From an uncultured Armatimonadia bacterium (GTDB taxonomy: Bacteria; Armatimonadota; Zipacnadia; CAVVLO01): a stretch of 64,000 bases of DNA. Shown piece by piece: positions 31,233-41,144 of this stretch. The stretch covers positions 128,001-192,000 of the forward strand of contig CAVVLO010000003.1 in the NCBI GenBank assembly GCA_963749155.1, in the 5' to 3' direction. Within the stretch, counting starts at the first letter, position 1. Each line of letters starts with the position of its first letter. The notes under the pieces were generated by a model. That model was not told the origin of the DNA. It searched no databases and saw only the letters and a program-made list of their open reading frames with translations. The position numbers and the translations under genes were made by a program.

Positions 31233-32761
31233 CTAGAAAGCAGGATAGTAACTCAGAGGCCCGTCCTGAGGACTTATCCCTGTGATCTCATCTCCGCGCC
31301 ATCGGAAGATGTAGACGCGCCCTGAGGGCATACGCTCGACACTTTCCCTCTCGGGCAGACTGTAGGCAAGCACAACCTGGCTTTGCGCAGTCAGTTGCTT
31401 TCGCGCAATCGAGGCATACTGGCCAACGCGTTCGAGGGGCTGCTCAATACCGTCGATGGTCAGCTGCAGGATGACTCAGGCGCCCAGCCAGGCAGCCTGA
31501 TCATCAGATTGGTTGGCTGGACAGGGACGACTGTCAACTCGCCGCGCTCTGCCCTGCGACTCGTCAGCGCAAGGTGGTCATCGGCATAATCGAAATGCAG
31601 ATTGATCCAGCTTGTGCCTGCGGTGTGAGTGCAGATATGGTGATAGACATCACAGAGAGTATGAGTTACGGCGGCGGTAATATCTGGAGTGCAGCCCTTC
31701 CCCGAATGACATTCTCCATGGACACCCCAGGCCCCCAGATCGCGTCGCATAAAAGTGCCTTCGGGATATGCTTCGAACTCTTCCTGGCTCATCTGCATTG
31801 GAAGTAGTCGGCAGCGAACCAGGCGCTCCACATCGTCCAGCAGGTCTTTCTGGCCCGCGCGCAAGGCAAGCCAGAGCGCAAGCTGCACCGAATCGCCGGT
31901 GCTGGCAGGTTCTCCGACAGGATCGCCGTGATTATTGGGGAAGCGCATCATGCCCAAATCATGGGGAGCCCAGCCAGATTCTCTTACGATCTGCCCGCGC
32001 ACTCCAAGCCGGTAGGTCGCTTCCACCGCCTCGACGAAACGAGGCTGCTCGGTAAGTAAACCATACAGAAGCAGGCCCCGGAGAGTGCCATGATAGGAAT
32101 GGTTATGGCCGACATTCTCACTATCAAGTATCTCTGCCCTGACTTTGCCATCTGGACTTATCGTCTGGGCCAGGTGATGGTCGGCGATACGCTTTGCCAG
32201 GTGTAAGACCCGGTCTTCTCCAGTGGCTTCATACAGCCAGACCAGGGCTTCCAGACTCCGCCCACTGGTCGCAGTAGCGTCAAACCAGCCCTCGCGCCTG
32301 GGTTCTGTGTGGGAGGGGTCAGTGGTCAGCGGGGCAAGGCCCCAACTACCCAACCGGGTGAAATCGAAGCTGCCATCCGCCTGCAGGGCGCGGTTCATTG
32401 CTTCGACCAGCCGCAAGCCTGCCTTATAAGCTGCCTGGCTTCTCCTATGAGAGACCAGCCCGCCCCAGGCAAGCAGGCTTTCGCGGAAATTGTGCGGATT
32501 GATGCACCCACCCCGCTCCGGTGGAGCAATCAGCAAAGCATCGGGATTGGCTGTCAGCCGCTGGAGATTACCCAAAGCAGCCGCTTCGAGTTCGAGGGGT
32601 ATCTCAAAGCCGAGGGTCTCTTCCAGTCGAAGCACCGCATCCCACCAGCGGCCCAGGTCATGGGCTACCTCATACCCTTTGGTTGGCAGAAAGCCGTCCT
32701 CCGGGTCGAGTATCGCCAATAACGACTGTCCGGCCAAATGGAGAGGGGCTCGCAAATCCAT
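31233..32761 (-). CDS. GH127-like (alpha/alpha)6-barrel hydrolase, frameshift near 31468
   Basis: GHNHS, C-terminal IRLPGWA; shifted frame continues LTIDGIE...YIFRWRGDEITGISPQDGPLSYYPAF* to 31233. Confidence 0.6.
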
Positions 32762-32849
32762 AAACTCACCTTTGTCAGAGGAGGTTGCTTCAAGTCAGAC
32801 TGCTCTGAGCCGCAAGTTCGCCGCCGGCGACGAGGTGCCTCCCAGGTCG

Positions 32850-33749
32850 TCAGTCCAGGCTGGCGTCCGCATAACCCACATGCTGCCCTGAGCGCGCGAA
32901 GGGGGCCTGGCGCTTGCCGACCAGCGCTTCGGCGCGCTCCATATACCACTGCCCTTGCTTGTAATTGGCAAGCTGGATCACTGGCAAGGTCACAGGCTGC
33001 TCCCCCATCTCCCCTGCCTCTTCAAAGCTGCTGCTGAAGACCACCTTTTCGACGCCAGCCTCTGATACAGGCCCGCCTGACACGTCATCGAAGTAGACGA
33101 TTGGTCTGGCATCAGGGGCTGCGTCCGGCGCCATCAGGCTGCGGCCGCGCATCGAAAACACGTAGAAGGTCATCGCGCGGTCGCTGAAGGGGATGTAGTT
33201 GGGATAGTCGAGCTCCAGGCCTTTCAAGTCAAACTTCCTGGAAAGCCCTGGCCCCTCCACTGTGAAGCTGCAATACTCGCGAGTTGCGAAATCCGCCTCG
33301 GTGCGAAATCGGTACCAGCTCCCCGGCTTTAGTGGCTGGCCGAGGTCGAGCAGCTTCCAGGTGCGGTCTTTGCTTGGAGTGCCGGCCCTGGTGGCCTCGG
33401 TGCCAGTCGCCACCCACACCGTGCCGGTGCGCTGCAGGCCGACAAGCGCCATCCAGTCGCCCCCCTTGATGTAGAGCGGATTGGCGACCCCTTCGACAAA
33501 TTCCTGGTCGATGCCAAAGATCACATCGTCAGGCAAATCAGGCTCGAAATACACGTAAGCCTGCACGAAAGAGCGACCAGGCTGTTTCAGGAAGGCTTCG
33601 ATGGCCTGCCCTTCGCTTAGCAGGGCGACCGCGCAACTCAGTCTAGAGTCTCTCTTATGACTCAGTCCTAGCCCAACCAGCAACAAACAAGCGGCCAGCA
33701 GCAGTAACATCACTTTCTTCTTCCTCGGCAGGCGCATAAAAAAGCCCAT
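32850..33749 (-). CDS. Hypothetical exported protein
   Basis: 299-aa ORF with N-terminal basic plus hydrophobic segment. Confidence 0.6.
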   Translation of the reverse strand: MGFFMRLPRKKKVMLLLLAACLLLVGLGLSHKRDSRLSCAVALLSEGQAIEAFLKQPGRSFVQAYVYFEPDLPDDVIFGIDQEFVEGVANPLYIKGGDWMALVGLQRTGTVWVATGTEATRAGTPSKDRTWKLLDLGQPLKPGSWYRFRTEADFATREYCSFTVEGPGLSRKFDLKGLELDYPNYIPFSDRAMTFYVFSMRGRSLMAPDAAPDARPIVYFDDVSGGPVSEAGVEKVVFSSSFEEAGEMGEQPVTLPVIQLANYKQGQWYMERAEALVGKRQAPFARSGQHVGYADASLD

Positions 33750-33784
33750 CCAGACCTCTCAGGCAAGTGGATTTCCTTGTCAGT

Positions 33785-34441
33785 TCACTCACGCCTGAAT
33801 AACGCCGCCACGAAGCCTGCGGTTTCATCGCAGCCTGCGCGCGGCGGCTCGGTCTCCAGTCGCTCTAACTCCGGCCCCTGATAGAGCGTCGAGGCGCAGC
33901 GCTCCAGCCGCAGCCCGGCGTTTGCGGCAAAAGCCGTAAGCTGCTCCAGGCTGAAGAAGGTCGCCTTCGAGTAGTAGTGATGGCCTGCTGCGCCTTTGGC
34001 TGCATACAGCTTGCCCCAGGCGCTGCCCGCAGGGACGAAGCCCAGTATCACCGCGCCTCCCGGCTGGGTGACGCGGGCGGCTTCTTGCAACAAAGCTTCG
34101 GGCTCCTCACAAAAACAGATAGTGACGATAACCAGCACTGCTCCGAAGACCTCATCGCCAAAAGGCAAAGTTTCACCCATCGCCTGGACCACTTTCAGAT
34201 TGCGTTTTACACTGAACTGAAGCGCGCCTCGCGCCGGATCAAGCCCAGCGTCCACTCCTAGTGCTTCACCGAAACGCCCAGTCCCCACGCCGATCTCGAG
34301 CCAGGGCCGCGCAAGGCCGCTGGTGAGCTGGCCCAGGCAGGCAAGCTCCAACTCGAAGAGCACTCGGCCTTCAGGCGTCTCAAACCAGGCGTCATATCGC
34401 GCTGCTTCGTTATCGAAAAGGTCACTGCTCCTTGTACTCAT
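33785..34441 (-). CDS. Class I SAM-dependent methyltransferase
   Basis: YDAWF, LEIGVGTGRF, GETLPF, VTICF. Confidence 0.9.
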   Translation of the reverse strand: MSTRSSDLFDNEAARYDAWFETPEGRVLFELELACLGQLTSGLARPWLEIGVGTGRFGEALGVDAGLDPARGALQFSVKRNLKVVQAMGETLPFGDEVFGAVLVIVTICFCEEPEALLQEAARVTQPGGAVILGFVPAGSAWGKLYAAKGAAGHHYYSKATFFSLEQLTAFAANAGLRLERCASTLYQGPELERLETEPPRAGCDETAGFVAALFRRE

Positions 34442-34594
34442 TTCCTTGGCCTGCCAGGTAAGAGGATTCTTGATCGACAGTTTTGAAAATCGGGCTGGGC
34501 GTAAACTAGGTGTTATTTACACAAGCTTTCATGCTATCCTGTCGGCAAACGAAAATATCCTGACGCTTGGTCAACTAAGGTATGAGGCTTGTAG

Positions 34595-35485
34595 ATGAAA
34601 GCATCACTGGAATGTCTGCCCTGTTTTGTGCGTCAGTCGCTCGATGCCATCGCGATGGCTACCGACGATGAGCAGCTTCGCCTGCAATTTTTGCGCGAGG
34701 TGCTTGGCTGGCTCAGTGAATGGGAACTGGAGCTCTCGCCCCCCATCATGGGCCAGCTTGTGCATCGCCGGGTGCGCGAGATTACCGGCCAGGCCGATCC
34801 TTACCGTAAATCAAAACAGGCCCACACTCAACTGGCTCTGGCTCTGCTTCCTGCGCTTCGAGAGCGCGTAGCGGCCTCCGACAACCGGCTCGAGACCGCT
34901 TTGAGACTGGCGGTCGCCGGCAATGCCATTGACCTGGGAGTGAAATCGTCCATCAGCCTTGCCGAAGTGCAGGTCGCGCTCGAAGAAGCCCTCCAGGCCC
35001 CTCTGGGTGGCGATCTGGCTGCTTTTCAACGCGCCACAAGTGAGGCTGCAACCCTCCTCTATCTGGCCGATAACGCTGGAGAACTCGTTTTCGACCGCTT
35101 GCTCATCGAGGAACTTGCCGCGCTGGGCGGGCAGATAACGGTGGCAGTCAGAGGCGCGCCTGTAATCAACGACGCCACTCTGCTCGAGGCGCGCGAAAGC
35201 GGCATTTTCGAGGTAGCCAAAGTTGTTGACAACGGTTCGGATGCCCCAGGCACTCTGCTTGAGGAGACCAGCCCAGCTTTCCAGCGGGCTTTTGCCGAGG
35301 CGGACTTGATTATCGCCAAGGGCCAGGGCAATTTCGAGTCTCTAAGCGAGGTCGAGGCGCCGCTGTTCTTCCTGCTAAAAGCCAAATGTCCCGTAATAGC
35401 CGGCCATCTGGGACAGTCCGTTGGCTCTTATGTGCTGGCGCCCTCGCCCTGGTGGGCCAGAGCCTCGGTAGCGCAGGCGCTCTGA
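34595..35485 (+). CDS. DUF89/ARMT1-like damage-control phosphatase
   Basis: CLPC, DPY, GNAID, DNAGE, PVINDAT, KGQGNFESL, KAKCPVIA. Confidence 0.9.
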   Translation: MKASLECLPCFVRQSLDAIAMATDDEQLRLQFLREVLGWLSEWELELSPPIMGQLVHRRVREITGQADPYRKSKQAHTQLALALLPALRERVAASDNRLETALRLAVAGNAIDLGVKSSISLAEVQVALEEALQAPLGGDLAAFQRATSEAATLLYLADNAGELVFDRLLIEELAALGGQITVAVRGAPVINDATLLEARESGIFEVAKVVDNGSDAPGTLLEETSPAFQRAFAEADLIIAKGQGNFESLSEVEAPLFFLLKAKCPVIAGHLGQSVGSYVLAPSPWWARASVAQAL

Positions 35486-35510
35486 GAAGCTACTGCCCTC
35501 CTGGCATCCG

Positions 35511-36116
35511 CTAGTCCTGCTCAGCCTGCTCGAGCGAGACTGCCCGGTCGAAGAGTTTTAGCAAATGGTCGCGGATATCCTCCGGCCAGTCGGAAATCAG
35601 CTTGGCAAGAGGGCTTCTGCTGCGCGCATAGAGGGCCCGAGAGGCCTCTTCGAAGTCCGGCAGATCGCCCGCCATCGCCCACATAAACTTGCCTGCCGCC
35701 TCGAGCGCCAGTCTGGAGCGCTCTTTGGCGGGCTGAGAGCGCATCGCCTGTTCTACCAGCTTGCGCAGGGCGGCGGACTTCCCGCTTGGCTGGCCTTCGA
35801 GCCATTCCCAGTGCCGCGGAAGCAAGGACACTTCGCGACTGGTCACTCCCAGCCTGGGACGACCAGGGCCGAAGCGCTCAGGATTTGCGTCTTGCTGGAC
35901 AAAACGCGCATCATCGGCCAGGCGCGCAAGTACTTCCTCTGGGGCGCCGCGGAAATCAAAATCCAGCAGCCTGCCTGTCGAATCATCGAAGACCAGCACC
36001 GGCGCCTGCTCGCCCTCATCAATCGCAAGCTTGGCTGCGAGTACCGTCTCGCCCAGGCTTCCCGAGCCAACGAGCTGGGTGCCGGCAAAGGCCACATAGG
36101 TCTGCTCTGCGCTCAT
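35511..36116 (-). CDS. DUF2239 family protein (putative RHH-type DNA-binding protein)
   Basis: VLVFDDSTGR..DFDFRG and GPGRPRLGVTSREVSLLPRHWEWL..QPSG.SAALRKLV, MAGDLPDFEEASRALY. Confidence 0.85.
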   Translation of the reverse strand: MSAEQTYVAFAGTQLVGSGSLGETVLAAKLAIDEGEQAPVLVFDDSTGRLLDFDFRGAPEEVLARLADDARFVQQDANPERFGPGRPRLGVTSREVSLLPRHWEWLEGQPSGKSAALRKLVEQAMRSQPAKERSRLALEAAGKFMWAMAGDLPDFEEASRALYARSRSPLAKLISDWPEDIRDHLLKLFDRAVSLEQAEQD

Positions 36117-36129
36117 TAGTTTCTCCCGA

Positions 36130-36201
36130 CCACTTTGATTGGGAGCAATATTACCCAGTATAAATACAATTAGTCAATTATTACTGGGTAAAAAAGCGCA
36201 C
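36130..36201 (-). promoter_or_regulatory. Promoter/operator cassette A; 72-bp direct repeat with 37914-37986
   Basis: Inverted TTACCCAGTA sites at 36151-36160 and 36182-36191; minus-strand TTGACT-N18-TAATAT. Confidence 0.8.
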
Positions 36202-36283
36202 GGAGAGGGAGAGGGGCAACTTGCTCCTGGCTAGGCAAGCCCTCTCGGCTTGTTAGCCAAAGGGCGACGCCCCAGCCACCAGG

Positions 36284-36868
36284 TCAATTCTCCTCGATAT
36301 CGAACAAGAAGGTGCAAGGATGTTTCCCGCCGCTACTCAGCGCAGAGGAGCGCACTGTGCAGGAGAGTCGACAACCCAGTGCGATTTGCAGGTGGTGCTT
36401 TACATGCCCGCCGCAGCAATAACAATAGGTGATGGAGACCGGCTCCTTTGCTTTACTAAGGCAGACGCAGCCGTAGGTTGCTTGCCCCTCGGGGGCAAAG
36501 CGGACGAGGATGCGGCCGTCAGCCTCTCTGGTGACACTGTGGCCGAAGACGAACCGGGTTTCGTTCGCTGCCGCGATGCGTTCCTCAAGTGTTGCGTGCT
36601 CCTTTGCGATTGCCTTACTGAGCTGCAACCTTTTCCCGCCGAGACAACAAGCGCACTTCTCGAGCACAGCGTGTCGGGTCGCGGCATCGAGCTGCGCATC
36701 CATGCGGCCCATTGCCTCCCGCATCCAGGCTGCCTTATGCTCCGGCGACGCGCCCCGTAAAAGCAACTCGCCACCAGCGAGGAGCTGGTCTCTTAGCTCT
36801 TCTGCCACTCCTAATGCTTCCAGGCTGTTCGCCAGTTGGCGAACCCGTCCATGCTCATATTCCGGCAT
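36284..36868 (-). CDS. Cys-rich hypothetical protein (DUF6144/V4R-like)
   Basis: CACC, CVC, TYCYCCGGH, SALSSGG..PCTF; AGGAGG RBS. Confidence 0.7.
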   Translation of the reverse strand: MPEYEHGRVRQLANSLEALGVAEELRDQLLAGGELLLRGASPEHKAAWMREAMGRMDAQLDAATRHAVLEKCACCLGGKRLQLSKAIAKEHATLEERIAAANETRFVFGHSVTREADGRILVRFAPEGQATYGCVCLSKAKEPVSITYCYCCGGHVKHHLQIALGCRLSCTVRSSALSSGGKHPCTFLFDIEEN

Positions 36869-36883
36869 ACAAATCGCCCTCCT

Positions 36884-37010
36884 GCCGGCAAGTATAGGCT
36901 TGATAAGGCCACTTATCGATGTTCTTTCCTCACCCTCTACTCCTGACTACTTCACCTGGAAGCACTACTAATCCTTCTGAAAAAGTTGACAATATTTACT
37001 GGGTAATATT
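36884..37010 (-). promoter_or_regulatory. Promoter/operator cassette B
   Basis: TTACCCAGTA at 36997-37006 followed 4 nt later by TTGTCA; 36884-36970 aligns without gaps to 37851-37937; TCGATA-N17-TATACT. Confidence 0.75.
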
Positions 37011-37036
37011 AGCTGCGGCGTCAGCTAAAAAAAAGC

Positions 37037-37783
37037 CTACTGAGCTGCTTTCTCTGCCACGACCATCAGTTCGAACTCATCCAGTTTGATGGCGCGCTTG
37101 CCCCACTCACCCGCGGTGCCACCCCACAGGTGCAGGACGGAAAAGCCCGCGAGCTGGAAGAGCAGCTTGAGTTCGGTGGGCGTGAAGGAGCGCTCTCGCA
37201 ATAGGAGCGGGGGCTCTCCTTCACCAAGTGGGAATTCGGTGACAGTGCTCATCGTCAGTGGATCGAATAGCCCCTGCTCGACGTCTTCGTCCGAGCGCTC
37301 CCGGATCATCTTGAAGGCACTGAGCGCGTTGAAGACCGCCTTGCCGCCCGGCTTCAGGCAGCCGTGGAGGTTGCGCAGGATGGCGAGTGGTTGCTCGATG
37401 GGGTCGTCGGTCGCGCCCAGCAAGCCGAAGGAGCCCTCGCACAGGCATATAGCGGCGTCGAATTGCTTGTCCAGCGCGAAACTGGTCGCGTCGGCCTGAA
37501 TCCACTGGACTTCGACCCCTGCGTCCTCGGCTTTGGCGCGCGCCTGGGAGAGCATCCCGGAGGAGATGTCCAGGCCCGTAACCGCTAAGCCACGCTTCGC
37601 GAGCTCGACGGAGTGGCGACCTGTGCCACAACCGACGTCCAGAAGAGAAGCACCAGGGGCAAGCTGGAGCAGGTGAAGCAGAAACTCCACCTCGTTTGCC
37701 GTGTTTTGGGTGAAGCAGAGCGCGTCGTATTCGGGCGCTTCGATGTCGTGGAACTGCTGCCAGGCGTTGTTGCTAGTTTCCAT
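37037..37783 (-). CDS. Class I SAM-dependent methyltransferase
   Basis: LLDVGCGTGRH, VTGLDIS, FDAAICLCEG, LKPGG. Confidence 0.9.
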   Translation of the reverse strand: METSNNAWQQFHDIEAPEYDALCFTQNTANEVEFLLHLLQLAPGASLLDVGCGTGRHSVELAKRGLAVTGLDISSGMLSQARAKAEDAGVEVQWIQADATSFALDKQFDAAICLCEGSFGLLGATDDPIEQPLAILRNLHGCLKPGGKAVFNALSAFKMIRERSDEDVEQGLFDPLTMSTVTEFPLGEGEPPLLLRERSFTPTELKLLFQLAGFSVLHLWGGTAGEWGKRAIKLDEFELMVVAEKAAQ

Positions 37784-37850
37784 AGGGAGTCCTCTTCTCG
37801 TCCAGAGCTAACCTCACAAGCACGGGCAATCTATATCAGAGACGGCCGCG

Positions 37851-37986
37851 GCCGGCAAGTATAGGCTTGGTAAATCCCTTTATCGATCTTCTTTCCTCAT
37901 CCTGGACTCTCTGCCACTTTGATTGGGAGCAATATTACCCAGTATAAATACCAATAAGACTATTATTACTGGGTAAAAAAGCGCAC
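37851..37986 (-). promoter_or_regulatory. Promoter/operator cassette C (composite of A-like and B-like parts)
   Basis: TTACCCAGTA sites at 37935-37944 and 37967-37976; identical blocks of 38 bp and 25 bp shared with cassette A. Confidence 0.8.
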
Positions 37987-40900
37987 AGACAGCTCTCCCT
38001 CATGCCAGTACCAGCAGGGGGTGCGCGATTCAAGCGCTGCCTCAAGCCCGTTTGCCAGGATCGCCTGCCTGCCCTGCACCTCAACAGCTACTGGCTTCTG
38101 GGGCCAGCGCCCGCTGAAGACATAATCGCCTGCTGGCAGGTCTACCACCAGTTCGACCGCGCCTGGCTTGTTTTCTCTCAGCCTTGCCGGCCCCTGCCCC
38201 TGGGGCATATGGAAGACGCTTTGAGCGGGTACCTGGCCATTATATTCCGGATACGCGAAATTGGCCGTCTTCGGGTCGTAAAGCTCATGGGCAGCACAAT
38301 AAGCATAGGTCGAGTCCACGAGCCTGAGGGCGCGCTGCTGTAACTGGGTATCTCCCTTCACGACAGCCCACTCGAAAAGGCGACGACCGAGGGCCACCCA
38401 GTTGAACTCGAGCCCCCAGGGCTGCTCTTTTTCGCCAACCAGCAGCAACCCATCGCGCTCGAAGAGTCTGGAAGCAATCCAGCCCTCGATACAGGCATCC
38501 GCCGCCTGCTTGTACTGCTCCTCGCCCGTGTCGAGATAGTATTCTCTGAGAGCCGAGAGCGAGGCCAGGGTGGTGTGCAGGCCATACCAGCTATCTACGC
38601 CCCACCCGCCCTCGGTATTGGCGTCCAGCCAGACGGCACAGAAGCCGCCCTCTTGTTCGGGGCGTTGATTTTGCTGGACAAGAAACTCCATCGCGCGCTT
38701 GCCGAAGGCCAGATACTCCTCTTTGCCTGTGAAGCGGTAAAGCCTGAGCAACTGGAAGGCCAGTTCCGCGACGTTTTCGGCCCTTACCGGGTAGTCACGG
38801 TAGATAAAGGCTCCCTCTGGCCCAAGTGGATTATGGGCAAGCCGCGAGAAGGGCGCCTCCAGGCTGAAAGGACTGACCTGGCAGACATACCGCGCCGAAT
38901 GTTCAGCCCGCGCCAGGGCGCTGACATCGCCCGTGGCCTCAAAAAGCACAAGCTCGTTGCGCAGGCCGGTCAGCCCGGCCGAACAGAAATCCGACGCCAG
39001 ACCGTAAAGTTCGGCCCGCCGCCAGTAGTCGCCGCAAGGCGTCAGCAGTTCCTCGGCCTGGAAATTGCCGACGTTGCTCATAAACTCAAGCAGTCGCTCA
39101 TCACCTGTCAGCCGATACCAGTCCTGCATTATGTCGAGGGTCGGACTTTCAAAAATCCAGTGATGATCGAACTCCAGCAGCGCATCGCCCAGGCCGTGGA
39201 AGCCCCTGCCAAGCCGCGCCAGGTTACGCGCCCAACTGTAGCTCGAGTCCTGACTCGACCAGACGCGCCAGGCCTCAGAAGCCCTTACGAGCAGCAGGTC
39301 AGACCGCTCCTCGGGCTGGCGTTTGCCCTCTGAACCCGGCAGCCAGGGCCATTGGCCCTCGATGTTTACTGTTGCGGGCCAGGATTCAACCTGAAGCTCA
39401 GGCCTTCTGGCCAGGGCGCGTTGCCAGCGGCTTGCCAACCGGCCTGAGTGGAACAGGCCCTTCGACCACCTGGATTTGCGCCGGCGTCGGAAGCACGAGG
39501 AAAGCCCAGTTGGCGAGCTCCTCAGCGCTAGTAAGGGTAAGCAAACCGGAGCGATACACCTCGGGCAGATGACTGATTGCGAAGCGCTGGGCGGCCGCAA
39601 GCTGGGTAGCCAGGCCGGCTTCGCCCTTGCCGGCGGGCACCAGGATGAAGGCGAATCCGGTTGGCGAGCTGACCTTGGCGGCTTTGAATCTGAAAGCCAG
39701 TTTGCGCCCCTCGGCCGTTAGCTCGGAGATATTGCCTGTTAGGGGCATCGCCAGGAGTTCAGTGTCATCCCAAAGCAGGCGCTCGGGCAGGCCGGCGCCA
39801 GTCGCTTCAAAGGGCTGGTTGAAGTTGAACTGGTAGGAGAACTCGACATCCCTCAGCGCGCCAGCCTGCGGGCGCAGGATAAAGGCATACAGCAGGGCGT
39901 TCTGGCCAATCGGGAAGACATAATTGACGCACAGCCACTCGGGCTGCTCTCGCTCCTCGGTAAAGACGCGGATCCACTGGTAGAGGGACTCCTCAGCGTT
40001 CATATGAGTGCCGCGCACCGAATAGCACAGGCGTAGGTCGCCGTTGCGCGCAAGCTTTGCCGTGCGGTTATTCCAGTCAAGCTGGCCAGAACTGTTTTTG
40101 AGGATATCTACCGCCTTGCCTTGCTCCGGCTTGACGAGCAACGTGCTCTCGCCAAAGGAGCCCAAATCTCCAAGCAGCACCTTGTGGAGTGGCGCCCCTC
40201 CGATTACTCCGCGCCAAAAACTGAATTGATCGCGCTGGAGGGTCGTCTCCACCTCGGGCACAGGCCAGGGGGTATCCCACGGCGCCCCGGCAAGCAGACT
40301 GACGACGTTTGCGGCCGTGTCGGCAGGCTCGACGCAAGGGCCAAGATAGCCAAGCTGACCAGCGCCTACCTTCACCAGCGCGGCATCAACGAGGCGCTCG
40401 CCCTCTTCGGGGTGATATTCGAGCAGGGAGAGATACTCGTTATTCCAGTCCTTCAGCAGTTGCAGCCTGATGCCTCGCTCTGCGCTGACAGGATGGAGCC
40501 CAAGCCGCTTCCCAAGCCTGGACTCCCAGTTGGAAGTGTGAGGCGCCAGGCCCGAGGTATGAGGCTCGATATTGCAGTTTGCGACGGTTATCCACTCATC
40601 CCAGATACGCTGCAGGTCCAGATCAGTTATCTCGCTAGCCAGCGGGCCGGGCTGCGAGATACGTAGTGGCAGCCCTTGGCCAACCCAGATAAAGCGCGCC
40701 CCCTTAATCAGCAGCTCCTCCAGCGGGATGGAGCGGCGCGTTGGGCCTTGCCACCAGGAGGTCGGGGGAAGACAGTCCACCCCCATATAGGGCAGCGTGT
40801 AGAGTCGCGAATGGTCGTAGATTTCCCCATCGCCGTCAGGGTCCACGAGGACATCGGGGGCCGCATTGCCTTCATGCGCGACAATAATCAGCGTATAAGC

Positions 40901-41144
40901 TTTCTTGCCCCCGGTCAGCGCGCCGAGGCCCACTGCATCAACCGCAAGAGGGGCGAGCTTTGCTGCTTGCAGCTCCGCCTCGAGGGTCTTTACGAGTTGG
41001 AACTCCTCCTCTAGTGTAATAACGCTCATCCGCGAAGAGGTACAGCTTCTCGGGCGAGGCGACTGCCAGGCTAGAGCTCAGCACCAGGGCAAAGGCCAGT
41101 ATTGCCAGCGCGCCAATCAGACTCGAAATCCTGCCAGAACGCAT
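37966..41144 (-). CDS. Large secreted hypothetical protein with C-terminal (alpha/alpha)-barrel-like region; frameshifts near 41020 and 39420
   Basis: Signal peptide MRSGRISSLIGALAILAF at 41144; three overlapping ORFs; repeated YRxTGDExYL helical-barrel motifs. Confidence 0.6.
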
